DNA from: Spirosomataceae bacterium
Lineage (GTDB): Bacteria; Bacteroidota; Bacteroidia; Cytophagales; Spirosomataceae
DNA length: 64,000 bases
Assembly: GCA_046296415.1 (NCBI GenBank)
Contig: JBKBLN010000002.1
Coordinates: forward strand, 502,370-566,369
Reading direction: 5' to 3'
This document shows positions 21,697-30,381 of this stretch, one piece after another. Under the pieces are notes generated by a model. That model ran no database searches. It was not told the origin of the DNA and was given only the letters and a program-made list of their open reading frames with translations. Every line of letters starts with the position of its first letter. Positions within the stretch are counted from its first letter, which is position 1. Position numbers and translations under genes: made by a program.

Positions 21697-21728
21697 AAAA
21701 AAGCACTTTCTCCCGAAAGTGCTTTTTT
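21697..21728. terminator. Bidirectional Rho-independent terminator between rplI (+) and cytochrome c (-)
   Basis: 14-bp perfect stem AAAAAAGCACTTTC / GAAAGTGCTTTTTT with a TCCC loop. A/T runs on both sides. Confidence 0.85.
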
Positions 21729-21730
21729 TA

Positions 21731-22051
21731 TTACTTCAACTTTGAAATCCAAGTGGCGATCTTAAGTGCCTCGTCTTTCGGCACATTGGGCAATGCAGCC
21801 ATCGGAGGATAACCCGGCCAATTGCTTGGCTTTGGTTTGTAGATCAATTCGACTATTTGCTCTGGCTTGTATTTTTTGGTCTTCATAATCTCAACATACG
21901 AAGGCCCAACCAATTTCTTGTCCACATTGTGGCAAGCTAAACAGGTATTCTTTTGTAAAAGTTTTTGAACGTCCGGTGGAATGGCCGTTTGAGCTTGGGT
22001 AGTTCCCGCAGCAGCCAACAGAAGACCAAATGCAATCGCGGCTTTTTTCAT
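21731..22051 (-). CDS. Class I c-type cytochrome (secreted, monoheme)
   Basis: Signal peptide, single CLACH heme-binding motif, distal Met region (PPMAALP). Confidence 0.8.
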   Translation of the reverse strand: MKKAAIAFGLLLAAAGTTQAQTAIPPDVQKLLQKNTCLACHNVDKKLVGPSYVEIMKTKKYKPEQIVELIYKPKPSNWPGYPPMAALPNVPKDEALKIATWISKLK

Positions 22052-22223
22052 TGGAATGATAAAATAAAGGGGTTAAAAGATGAGTGGAGACGAGTACGTT
22101 GTCTGCACATGGAATCCAAACAAAAATACATAATTGATCCTATTCCCTGATGTTAAAGCCCTGTTAATTCCAGATTTTTTTTAAGATTTAATCCACCTCA
22201 TCGCCCCTACCCCAATTTTGCCG

Positions 22224-22231
22224 TATCTTTG
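22224..22231 (+). promoter_or_regulatory. Candidate -7 promoter box TATCTTTG
   Basis: Exact consensus ending 18 nt before ATG 22250. It overlaps the ORF-track TTG start at 22229, which is therefore unlikely to be used. Confidence 0.45.
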
Positions 22232-22249
22232 AATAGTAAAACGATTCAC

Positions 22250-22858
22250 ATGAAAGCAAACGACATTAATTCCATTTTCAAGCAGGCCATCGAAAGGTAC
22301 CACCAAACAGACCATGTCGATGCGCCTCGCCCCACCCCTTTTCCTAACCATACCTTAGAATCCCTGCTTTTTCTAAAGAACTGGATCGATACTGTACAAT
22401 GGCACCTGGAAGATATCATCCGATCACCTGATATCCTTCCTGAGAATTTGGTGCAGATTAAACGTCGAATCGATGCCTCCAACCAGGAAAGAACCGATGT
22501 GGTCGAACAAATCGATGAATGGATCTACCAAAAATTCCAGTCGATTCCCGCTCAACCTCAAGCGAAATTAAACTCAGAAACTCCAGCTTGGCTGTTGGAT
22601 CGTATGTCCATCCTTCAACTAAAAATTTATCATTTTGAGGAACAAACACAACGTCTTGATATCTCGGAACAACACCTCCATTCAGTTCAACATAAGTTAG
22701 CCATTTTGCGAGAACAGGAAAACGACCTGGCCTTTGCTTTCGACGACCTGATGGAGGATTTATCCTGTGGAAGGAAAATCATGAAATTGTACAAACAAAT
22801 GAAGATGTACAATGACCCCAACTTGAATCCGGTCCTATATGGCAAAAAAGAAAGCTAA
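22250..22858 (+). CDS. DUF4254-family protein
   Basis: ~200-aa soluble helical protein immediately upstream of, and overlapping, a GT9 glycosyltransferase gene. I recall this pairing as typical for DUF4254 in Bacteroidota. The family call is from memory of the WHLED/ERTD-type motifs. Confidence 0.55.
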   Translation: MKANDINSIFKQAIERYHQTDHVDAPRPTPFPNHTLESLLFLKNWIDTVQWHLEDIIRSPDILPENLVQIKRRIDASNQERTDVVEQIDEWIYQKFQSIPAQPQAKLNSETPAWLLDRMSILQLKIYHFEEQTQRLDISEQHLHSVQHKLAILREQENDLAFAFDDLMEDLSCGRKIMKLYKQMKMYNDPNLNPVLYGKKES

Positions 22859-23864
22859 ACGAATCATCGTGACCCGGTTTTCAGCTATGGGGGATGTGGC
22901 CCTCTTATTACCGGCTCTACACACGGTGCTTGAAACCGAACCAGACGCGCATATTTGGCTCATGACTCGCCCCGCCTTCGCTCCGTTTTTCCGAGACATT
23001 CCTCGATTGTCCATCCTAGAAATGGATCCAAAGACGGCACATCGAGGCATCCTTGGCCTCTGGTCTTTGTTTCAAGAAACACGGAAAATAAAACCTACCC
23101 ACTGGATTGATGCACACGATGTTTTAAGGACCCAGTTTTTGCGTCTACTGGCGTGGCTTTGGCAAATCCCGGTTGGAAAAATTGATAAAGGGCGCTCCGA
23201 AAAGAAACGGTGGACACGGAGGTCCCATAAAATTCGAATACCCTTACAACCGACTGTCGAAAGGTATTTAGACGCATTTAAACAAGTGGGGATTTCGGTG
23301 AATGGCCTGGTCAACCGCTCGAGCTACTTTCAAAAGATCCCCAACTCACCAAAACCTGTCCGGCAACGCCTGGGTATTGCCCCATTTGCACAACACACCG
23401 GAAAAAAGTGGACCCAATATCCGGAATTGATTCAATTATTGCTAGATCACACCTCCGTCGAAATTTGGATTTTAGGCGGTGGCCATGAGGAAAGAACTCA
23501 AGTTCAATCGTGGGGATTTCCCGAAGACCGAGTCATCAATACCATCGGTCAATATACACTTGAGGATGAAATCGGATGGATTCATTCCTTGGATCTCGTC
23601 TTGGCAAACGATTCATCCAATCTCCATTTAGCCGCGCTGGCCGGTATCCCCACACTGAGTATTTGGGGAGCTACACATCCAGACGTTGGATTTGGACCAT
23701 GGCCGAAACAGAAAGCCCATATAATTCAAATTTCAGTGGACGAGTTAGCTTGTAGACCCTGTTCCGTCTTTGGGAACAAACCTTGTTTTCGAGGAGATTA
23801 TGCTTGCCTTCACCAAATTTCGGCTGAATCCGTCCTACATAAAATAAAAGCCCTGCTGAATTGA
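22839..23864 (+). CDS. Glycosyltransferase family 9 (LPS heptosyltransferase-like)
   Basis: RIIVTRFSAMGDVALLLPAL N-terminus and C-terminal NDSSNLHLAAL.GIPT..IWG are typical of GT9. Confidence 0.8.
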   Translation: MAKKKAKRIIVTRFSAMGDVALLLPALHTVLETEPDAHIWLMTRPAFAPFFRDIPRLSILEMDPKTAHRGILGLWSLFQETRKIKPTHWIDAHDVLRTQFLRLLAWLWQIPVGKIDKGRSEKKRWTRRSHKIRIPLQPTVERYLDAFKQVGISVNGLVNRSSYFQKIPNSPKPVRQRLGIAPFAQHTGKKWTQYPELIQLLLDHTSVEIWILGGGHEERTQVQSWGFPEDRVINTIGQYTLEDEIGWIHSLDLVLANDSSNLHLAALAGIPTLSIWGATHPDVGFGPWPKQKAHIIQISVDELACRPCSVFGNKPCFRGDYACLHQISAESVLHKIKALLN

Positions 23865-23880
23865 TCTCAACAGGGCTTTT
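23846..23880. terminator. Bidirectional terminator shared by the GT9 gene (+) and recQ (-)
   Basis: Stem AAAAGCCCTG / CAGGGCTTTT with an inner TTGA/TCAA pairing and T-runs on both strands. Overlaps the last codons of the GT9 gene. Confidence 0.7.
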
Positions 23881-23881
23881 T

Positions 23882-26191
23882 TTAGTTCGCGTGATCGGAA
23901 AGAAATTTAATGCGCATGAGCCTCAATTCCTCCTCCGTGAAATCGTCGTCATAATCCGCAAACTCCTCCAAGGCAACTTTGATATTGTCGGAGTCGGCAT
24001 GCATGAAATAATCAATGATATCTCGCTGCTTATCCGGATCAATCACTTGATTGATATAATAGTTCAAATTTAACTTCGTGCCGGAATAGCAGATATGTTC
24101 AATCTCCTCAATCAACTCCTCCAACGTCATGTCCTTGGATTCGGCGATTTCCTCTAAATCCACTTTTCGATCAATTTGCTGAATGATGAAGATCTTCGTC
24201 TTGGATTTATTGACGGTTGATTTTACAACCAAATCTTGTGTTGTCTCAATGTCATTATCCTCCACGTATTTGGAGATCAATTCTAGGAACGGCTTACCAA
24301 ATTTTTGGACCTTACCCATTCCTACTCCGTTGATTTGAGCCAACTCTTGGGCAGTTGTTGGGTAGGTGGTCGCCATTTCCTCCAAAGAGGGATCCTGAAA
24401 AACCACATATGGGGGAACCGCTTTTTCCTTGGCAATTTTTTTCCGGAGCGATTTTAGTAATTCCATCAAAGCTTGATCGAATGCACCCCCTCCCGTCGAA
24501 GCCGGGGCAGTTTGCATTTCGTCGTCATTACTTCCCTCTGTATTCTCGTAATTATGATCTTCGGTTAATTCCAGAGGAAAAGGATCCTCCAAATAGGTTT
24601 TCGCTTTATCCGTTAGCTTTACGACACCATAATTCTCGATGTCTTTGTCGATATAACCTAAGACCATCAACTGCCGTAGTAACGAAATCCAACGGTCGGC
24701 CAAGGTAAGTTTCTGGTCAATATTAAAATCCGTCTTTGCCGGAGCTGTTTTCGCATCCTCCTCCTCGTCTTCATCTTCATCGTCGGCGGTCGACTTCACA
24801 TTGAAATACTGAAGACCTTTTCCGTACACTTCAAGTTGATCATGCTGGTAACTTTGAATGTATGGATTGGATTTATTGGCAGTCAGGACATCAGCCACGT
24901 GATTAATCGAAAAACGCTCTCCTGTCTGTAAAATAGCTTTCAAGGCCCAAGAGGCTTCTTTCTCTACTTTATATTTCTTACCGGGTTTCAAACAGTTATC
25001 GCAGAAACCACAGTCTTTTTCCATGTACTCCCCAAAATAGGATAATAATTGACGCCGACGGCAGATCCCCAGATTGGAGTAGGCTACCATTTCCATCAAC
25101 AAGGCCTTGGCATTGTCTCGCTCCGCTACGTTTTTATCCTTATTGAACTTTTCCAATTTAAGGATATCATCAAAGCTGTAGAACATAATGCAGTTCCCCT
25201 CCAAACCGTCACGTCCGGCACGTCCAGTTTCTTGGTAATACCCTTCAAGTGACTTGGGTGCGTCATAGTGCACCACAAAGCGAACATCCGGCTTATCGAT
25301 TCCCATGCCAAACGCAATGGTGGCGACAATGACGTGGCATTCCTCATTCAAAAACGCATCCTGGTTCTTCATCCGTTGGTCAGGATCAAGACCTGCATGA
25401 TACGGAAGCGCCTTCACGCCGTTCACGTTGAGTAACTCGGCAATCTCTTCCACCTTCTTGCGGCTTAGGCAATAGATGATGCCTGATTTCCCCCGGTTGG
25501 CCAATACATACTTGATTAATTGCTTTTTGGAATTGACTTTCGGGCGGATCTCATAGTACAAGTTCTTACGATTAAATGAACTTTTGAAAACCACAGAGTC
25601 ATCCATATTCAAGTTCTTTTGAATATCAAGTTGGACTTTGGGTGTGGCGGTTGCTGTTAGGGCAATGATGGGCAATGTTGGGTTGATACTTTCAATGATA
25701 CTCCGAATCCGTCGGTATTCTGGCCGGAAATCGTGCCCCCATTCCGATATACAATGCGCTTCATCCACAGCCACAAACGAGATTTGGGCCTTTTTTAAAA
25801 AGTCTAAATTATCTTCTTTGGTCAGTGATTCGGGAGCAATGTATAGCAGCTTGCAACTACCTTGTAGAACATCCGTTTTCACTTTATTCATTTCCGACTT
25901 ATTGAGCGTCGAATTAAGGAATTGGGCGTTGATCCCAACTGCCGTCATTTGATCCACTTGATTTTTCATCAAAGCAATGAGAGGTGAAATGACAATGGCA
26001 GTTCCCTCCTGGACTATGGCTGGCAATTGGTAACATAGCGATTTACCTGCCCCAGTTGGCATGATCACAAACGTGTTTTTCCCATCCAAAATGCTTTGGA
26101 TGATAATTTCTTGATTTCCGCGGTAATGATCAAACCCAAATATTTCTTTGAGTTTGTCTTTGGCCATTTGTTGAAGCTCAGGAGTTGGCAT
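23882..26191 (-). CDS. recQ: ATP-dependent DNA helicase RecQ
   Basis: Helicase motifs ([56 protein letters not shown]), RQC zinc finger (C..C..CDNC), HRDC region. 769 aa. Confidence 0.95.
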   Translation of the reverse strand: MPTPELQQMAKDKLKEIFGFDHYRGNQEIIIQSILDGKNTFVIMPTGAGKSLCYQLPAIVQEGTAIVISPLIALMKNQVDQMTAVGINAQFLNSTLNKSEMNKVKTDVLQGSCKLLYIAPESLTKEDNLDFLKKAQISFVAVDEAHCISEWGHDFRPEYRRIRSIIESINPTLPIIALTATATPKVQLDIQKNLNMDDSVVFKSSFNRKNLYYEIRPKVNSKKQLIKYVLANRGKSGIIYCLSRKKVEEIAELLNVNGVKALPYHAGLDPDQRMKNQDAFLNEECHVIVATIAFGMGIDKPDVRFVVHYDAPKSLEGYYQETGRAGRDGLEGNCIMFYSFDDILKLEKFNKDKNVAERDNAKALLMEMVAYSNLGICRRRQLLSYFGEYMEKDCGFCDNCLKPGKKYKVEKEASWALKAILQTGERFSINHVADVLTANKSNPYIQSYQHDQLEVYGKGLQYFNVKSTADDEDEDEEEDAKTAPAKTDFNIDQKLTLADRWISLLRQLMVLGYIDKDIENYGVVKLTDKAKTYLEDPFPLELTEDHNYENTEGSNDDEMQTAPASTGGGAFDQALMELLKSLRKKIAKEKAVPPYVVFQDPSLEEMATTYPTTAQELAQINGVGMGKVQKFGKPFLELISKYVEDNDIETTQDLVVKSTVNKSKTKIFIIQQIDRKVDLEEIAESKDMTLEELIEEIEHICYSGTKLNLNYYINQVIDPDKQRDIIDYFMHADSDNIKVALEEFADYDDDFTEEELRLMRIKFLSDHAN

Positions 26192-26360
26192 AGACAGTCA
26201 ATTTTGTTAGATGAACTAACAGGGTATAGAGTGCGTGGTGGTTATGTTGTTTGCTAAGATAAACATTTCTTCACAACTGCCCCAAGGAAAAGCTTACGTC
26301 TCATTCAGAATTTTTAAACATGAGTCTGGGAAAGCGTCCCAAGTTAAAAAAAGAAAGCCG

Positions 26361-26368
26361 TACCTTTG
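26361..26368 (+). promoter_or_regulatory. Candidate -7 promoter box TACCTTTG for kpsF-nadB
   Basis: Exact consensus. It overlaps the ORF-track TTG start (26366) and ends 24 nt before the in-frame TTG at 26393. Confidence 0.4.
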
Positions 26369-26392
26369 CAGGAAACTTATGTTGGTAAGAAA

Positions 26393-27367
26393 TTGAAACC
26401 GAAATTAGAAAAAAAAATCATAGAGACGGCCAAAAATGTCCTTCAGGCTGAGGCTGAGGCAATATTATCTTTGAAAAATACCATCGACGATTCTTTAGAA
26501 AATGTGGTGGCTTGTTTATTGGCCCGTTCAGGTCGTTTGGTGATCACGGGAATCGGGAAAAGTGCCTTGATTGCCCAAAAAATAGTGGCTACCTTAAATT
26601 CCACAGGACAGCCTGCCGCATTTCTTCATGCAGCCGATGCCTTGCACGGAGACCTTGGACTTATTTGCGAGGCCGACGTCTTGATGTGTATTTCGAAAAG
26701 TGGAAACACGCCTGAAATAAAAGCCTTGATCCCGCTATTAAAAAGACTTGGTAATCCCTTGATTGCGATGGTTTCTGATCAACATAGTTACCTCGCGCTT
26801 CAGTCGGACTTTCTTTTGTATTTACCCATGGAACGGGAAGCATGTCCCTTAAACCTTGCCCCGACTACTTCCACCACCTTGGCGCTGGCCATGGGTGATG
26901 CGCTGGCCATGTGCTTGTTAGAAGCCCGGCAATTTAGCTCCGAAGATTTTGCAAAATTCCATCCTGGTGGGAGCTTGGGAAAACGATTGTATCTAACAGT
27001 CCAGGACATTTACAATCCTGCCCAACTTCCAAAGGTTTACCCCTACTCCAAAATCGAGGAGGTTATCCTTGAAATTACCTCCCAAAGGCTGGGTGCGACG
27101 GCAGTAGTATCGGATCAACACGAGTTATTGGGTATTATTACCGACGGAGACTTACGGCGGATGCTGAACCAGCATCCGAATTTTAGCCAACTTGTCGCTC
27201 AGGATATCATGACCACAGCACCTAAAACCATTGAAGCCACGGCGTATGCAGCTGAAGCCCGACAGATCATGGAACAACACAGTATCTCGGTGCTATGTGT
27301 TATGGAGGAAAGGAAACTAACGGGATTCATTCACTTACATGACCTGCTGAAAGAGGGCATCGTTTAA
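26393..27367 (+). CDS. kpsF: KpsF/GutQ-family arabinose-5-phosphate isomerase (SIS + tandem CBS)
   Basis: SIS motif VITGIGKSALIAQKI, ISKSGNT, and two C-terminal CBS domains. No in-frame ATG near the 5' end, so the start is non-ATG (TTG 26393 preferred, 26366 possible). Confidence 0.85.
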   Translation: MKPKLEKKIIETAKNVLQAEAEAILSLKNTIDDSLENVVACLLARSGRLVITGIGKSALIAQKIVATLNSTGQPAAFLHAADALHGDLGLICEADVLMCISKSGNTPEIKALIPLLKRLGNPLIAMVSDQHSYLALQSDFLLYLPMEREACPLNLAPTTSTTLALAMGDALAMCLLEARQFSSEDFAKFHPGGSLGKRLYLTVQDIYNPAQLPKVYPYSKIEEVILEITSQRLGATAVVSDQHELLGIITDGDLRRMLNQHPNFSQLVAQDIMTTAPKTIEATAYAAEARQIMEQHSISVLCVMEERKLTGFIHLHDLLKEGIV

Positions 27368-28971
27368 TGAAATTAACCATGGAAAAAACAGATTTTTTAG
27401 TCATTGGTTCCGGAATCGCCGGACTGAGTTTTGCCTTGAAGGCAGCACAAAAAGGCCATGTTTTGGTCCTGACCAAAGTAGATGCCGATGAAACCAATAC
27501 CAAATATGCCCAAGGTGGTATCGCAGCGGTTTTCGATCCCGAAACAGATAGCTTTGATAAACACATTCAAGATACGTTAACTGCCGGCGACGGCTTGTGT
27601 GACCGATCGATTGTGGAAATCGTTGTCAAAGAGGGCCCTGACCGAATCAAGGAGTTGATCGAATACGGCACTCAATTTGATAAACAAGAGGACGGAGAGT
27701 ACAATTTGGTGCGAGAGGGAGGCCACTCGGAAAATCGGATTTTACATTACAAGGATATCACAGGAAAAGAAATTGAACGGGCGTTGTTGGAGCAAGTCCA
27801 AAACAACCCGAACATCACTCTTTTGACCCATTACTATGCGGTCGAGATCATTACTCAGCACCATTTGGGGGTACCTGTATCGAGAGAAACCTCGGATATC
27901 ACCTGTTATGGTGTCTATGCCCTCAATTTAAAAACGGGGCTTGTGGAAACCATTTTATCTCGGATCACCGTCATGGCCACCGGGGGAGCAGGCCATATTT
28001 ACTCTTCCACAACCAACCCTGTGATTGCCACCGGTGATGGAATTGCCATGACCTATCGGGCCAAAGGCCGGATTCGGGATATGGAAATGATGCAATTTCA
28101 CCCCACTTCACTCTATAATCCCGACGAATACCCGAGCTTCTTGATCACCGAGGCCGTTCGAGGAGAAGGGGGAGTATTGCGCGATAAAACAGGCAGAGAG
28201 TTTATGTATGACTATGATGCACGGGGCTCCTTGGCTCCCCGGGATATCGTCGCGAGGTCCATCGATGCCGAAATGAAAAAATGGGGGGAACCTCATGTCT
28301 TTTTGGATATTACCCACCAATCAAAAGAACATATCCTGGAGCATTTCCCTACCATCTTCGAGAAATGCTTGAGCCTAGGTATAGACATCAGCAAAGAACA
28401 AATTCCGGTTACGCCTGCCGCCCACTACCTTTGTGGGGGAATTTGGGTGGATGAACATGGACGCTCGACGATCCAACGCATGTATGCGTGTGGAGAATGT
28501 AGTTCAACCGGATTGCATGGTGCCAATCGGCTGGCCTCTAACTCCCTGCTCGAAGCTGCTGTATTTGGGCACCGAATCGCCGAAGATGCCTTGCAGCGCC
28601 TTGACTCCATCCATTTCCAAGAAAATATCCCTGCCTGGGATGAGTTTGGTACCGAACAGTCCAATGAAGAAGTCTTGGTCACACACAATTTAAGAGAATT
28701 ACAAAAAACGATGTCCGACTATGTCGGCATCGTGAGGAGCGATTTTCGCTTGGAACGCGCACTCCGACGCGTGCAGCTCCTAAAAGAGGAAACAGAGGAA
28801 TTCTACAAAAAGACCAAGCTGTCGGTGAAACTCTGCGAATTGAGAAATCTAATATTATGTGCCGAACTGGTCATTCGATGTGCTAGGCAGCGGAAGGAAA
28901 GTCGAGGCCTACATTACACCACCGACTATCCGTACAAACTGGGTGGAAAACCCCAAAATTCAATGGTTTAG
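27367..28971 (+). CDS. nadB: L-aspartate oxidase
   Basis: FAD motif DFLVIGSGIAGL, plus AQGGIAA, HPT, and the C-terminal ESRG.H region. Start overlaps the kpsF stop (TAATG). Confidence 0.95.
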   Translation: MKLTMEKTDFLVIGSGIAGLSFALKAAQKGHVLVLTKVDADETNTKYAQGGIAAVFDPETDSFDKHIQDTLTAGDGLCDRSIVEIVVKEGPDRIKELIEYGTQFDKQEDGEYNLVREGGHSENRILHYKDITGKEIERALLEQVQNNPNITLLTHYYAVEIITQHHLGVPVSRETSDITCYGVYALNLKTGLVETILSRITVMATGGAGHIYSSTTNPVIATGDGIAMTYRAKGRIRDMEMMQFHPTSLYNPDEYPSFLITEAVRGEGGVLRDKTGREFMYDYDARGSLAPRDIVARSIDAEMKKWGEPHVFLDITHQSKEHILEHFPTIFEKCLSLGIDISKEQIPVTPAAHYLCGGIWVDEHGRSTIQRMYACGECSSTGLHGANRLASNSLLEAAVFGHRIAEDALQRLDSIHFQENIPAWDEFGTEQSNEEVLVTHNLRELQKTMSDYVGIVRSDFRLERALRRVQLLKEETEEFYKKTKLSVKLCELRNLILCAELVIRCARQRKESRGLHYTTDYPYKLGGKPQNSMV

Positions 28972-29024
28972 CGAACTCAAAAATGATTTCCTTAGACTAT
29001 TGGTATTTTTTCTAAGAATAATAC

Positions 29025-29032
29025 TATATTTG
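29025..29032 (+). promoter_or_regulatory. Candidate -7 promoter box TATATTTG
   Basis: Exact consensus ending 29 nt before ATG 29062. Confidence 0.45.
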
Positions 29033-29061
29033 ACGTGCAAAAAATGAATTAATCCCAACAA

Positions 29062-30330
29062 ATGAACACATACGCCAAGATACTTTTATTGGCCATGCCT
29101 GCGTTCTTCGGCCTGGTGATGCTAGAGAAGTTGTATGGAGTCTGGGTAAAGAAAGAGGCCTTCCGGGTGATGGATACCATCTCAAGTTTGAGTTCTGGCT
29201 TCACAAACGTGCTCAAAGACGTGATCGGATTAAGCGTTTCTATCCTAACCTATGGTTGGATGGTCGAACACCTGGCCCTTGTGCACATTCAATCCACCCT
29301 TTGGATTTACATCGTTGCGTTTGTTTCACTGGATTTTGCAGGCTATTGGGTACACCGTCTGAGCCATCAGATCAATTTCTTTTGGAACAAGCACGCAATT
29401 CACCACTCCTCCGAGGAGTTCAATTTAGCGTGTGCGTTACGCCAGAGTATTTCATCATTTGTCAATCTCTTCACCTTTTTTCTTTTGCCCGCTGCCTTGT
29501 TAGGCGTGGATGCCAAAGTGATCGCCACGGTGGCTCCTCTTCATCTTTTTGCCCAATTTTGGTACCATACAGTTCACATAGGCAATATGGGCTTTCTAGA
29601 AAAAATTCTAGTGACCCCCTCCCATCATCGGGTTCACCACGCAATCAATCCTGAATATTTGGATAAAAATCACAGCCAAATATTCATTATCTGGGATAAA
29701 TTATTTGGGACCTTTCAAGAAGAACTAGATCATGTTCCACCAGTTTATGGAATTACACGACCTGTACGAACCTGGAATCCTTTCAAGATCAACTTTCAAC
29801 ATCTCTTTTTGTTGATACATGATGCTTGGCGAGCTCAATCTTGGCGGGATAAACTGACCATTTGGTTCAAACCTACCGGATGGAGGCCAGCAGATGTGGA
29901 GGCCAAATATCCCGTTCCCAAAATCAACGATCCGTACACCTACCAGAAATATAACCCGGAAGTTTCCCCTGCCTTGATCATTTGGATTTGGATCCAATTC
30001 TTTGCCACGTTAGCGGGAATGATTCATTTTTTTGGTCGCATCGATCTGTATTCTCTACCCGATATCGCCTGGAATGGCTTGTTTTTAGGCATAGGGATTT
30101 ACGCCTACACCGAATTAATGGATAAAAATCCATGGGCTTTTGTTTTTCATCTTCTCCAAACCGGTGTAGGTTTGGGATTGTACTGGAGTCACGATCAAAC
30201 CTGGTTTGGGGATACCCGGTCGTGGGTTCAGGTGGTGGTCATTGGCTTTGTACTTCTATCCCCTTTCGTAGCTATTTTATTCGCCCAACGTGAGTTTCGT
30301 TGGCAAAAACCGACGTCTTTTCATACCTAA
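29062..30330 (+). CDS. Fatty-acid hydroxylase superfamily membrane protein, alkylglycerol monooxygenase (AGMO/TMEM195)-like over its full length
   Basis: His boxes HRLSH, HAIHHSSEEFN and SHHRVHH, plus DKNHSQIFIIWDKLFGTF. An extra ~170-aa C-terminal polytopic domain. See findings. Confidence 0.75.
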   Translation: MNTYAKILLLAMPAFFGLVMLEKLYGVWVKKEAFRVMDTISSLSSGFTNVLKDVIGLSVSILTYGWMVEHLALVHIQSTLWIYIVAFVSLDFAGYWVHRLSHQINFFWNKHAIHHSSEEFNLACALRQSISSFVNLFTFFLLPAALLGVDAKVIATVAPLHLFAQFWYHTVHIGNMGFLEKILVTPSHHRVHHAINPEYLDKNHSQIFIIWDKLFGTFQEELDHVPPVYGITRPVRTWNPFKINFQHLFLLIHDAWRAQSWRDKLTIWFKPTGWRPADVEAKYPVPKINDPYTYQKYNPEVSPALIIWIWIQFFATLAGMIHFFGRIDLYSLPDIAWNGLFLGIGIYAYTELMDKNPWAFVFHLLQTGVGLGLYWSHDQTWFGDTRSWVQVVVIGFVLLSPFVAILFAQREFRWQKPTSFHT

Positions 30331-30351
30331 ACTAAATATACCTAACTAAAG

Positions 30352-30376
30352 ATGGCCACCTTTTTAGGGTGGCCAT
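30352..30376. terminator. Bidirectional terminator between the AGMO-like gene (+) and the MFS gene (-)
   Basis: 9-bp stem ATGGCCACC / GGTGGCCAT with a 7-nt loop, followed by TTCTTTTT. Confidence 0.65.
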
Positions 30377-30381
30377 TCTTT

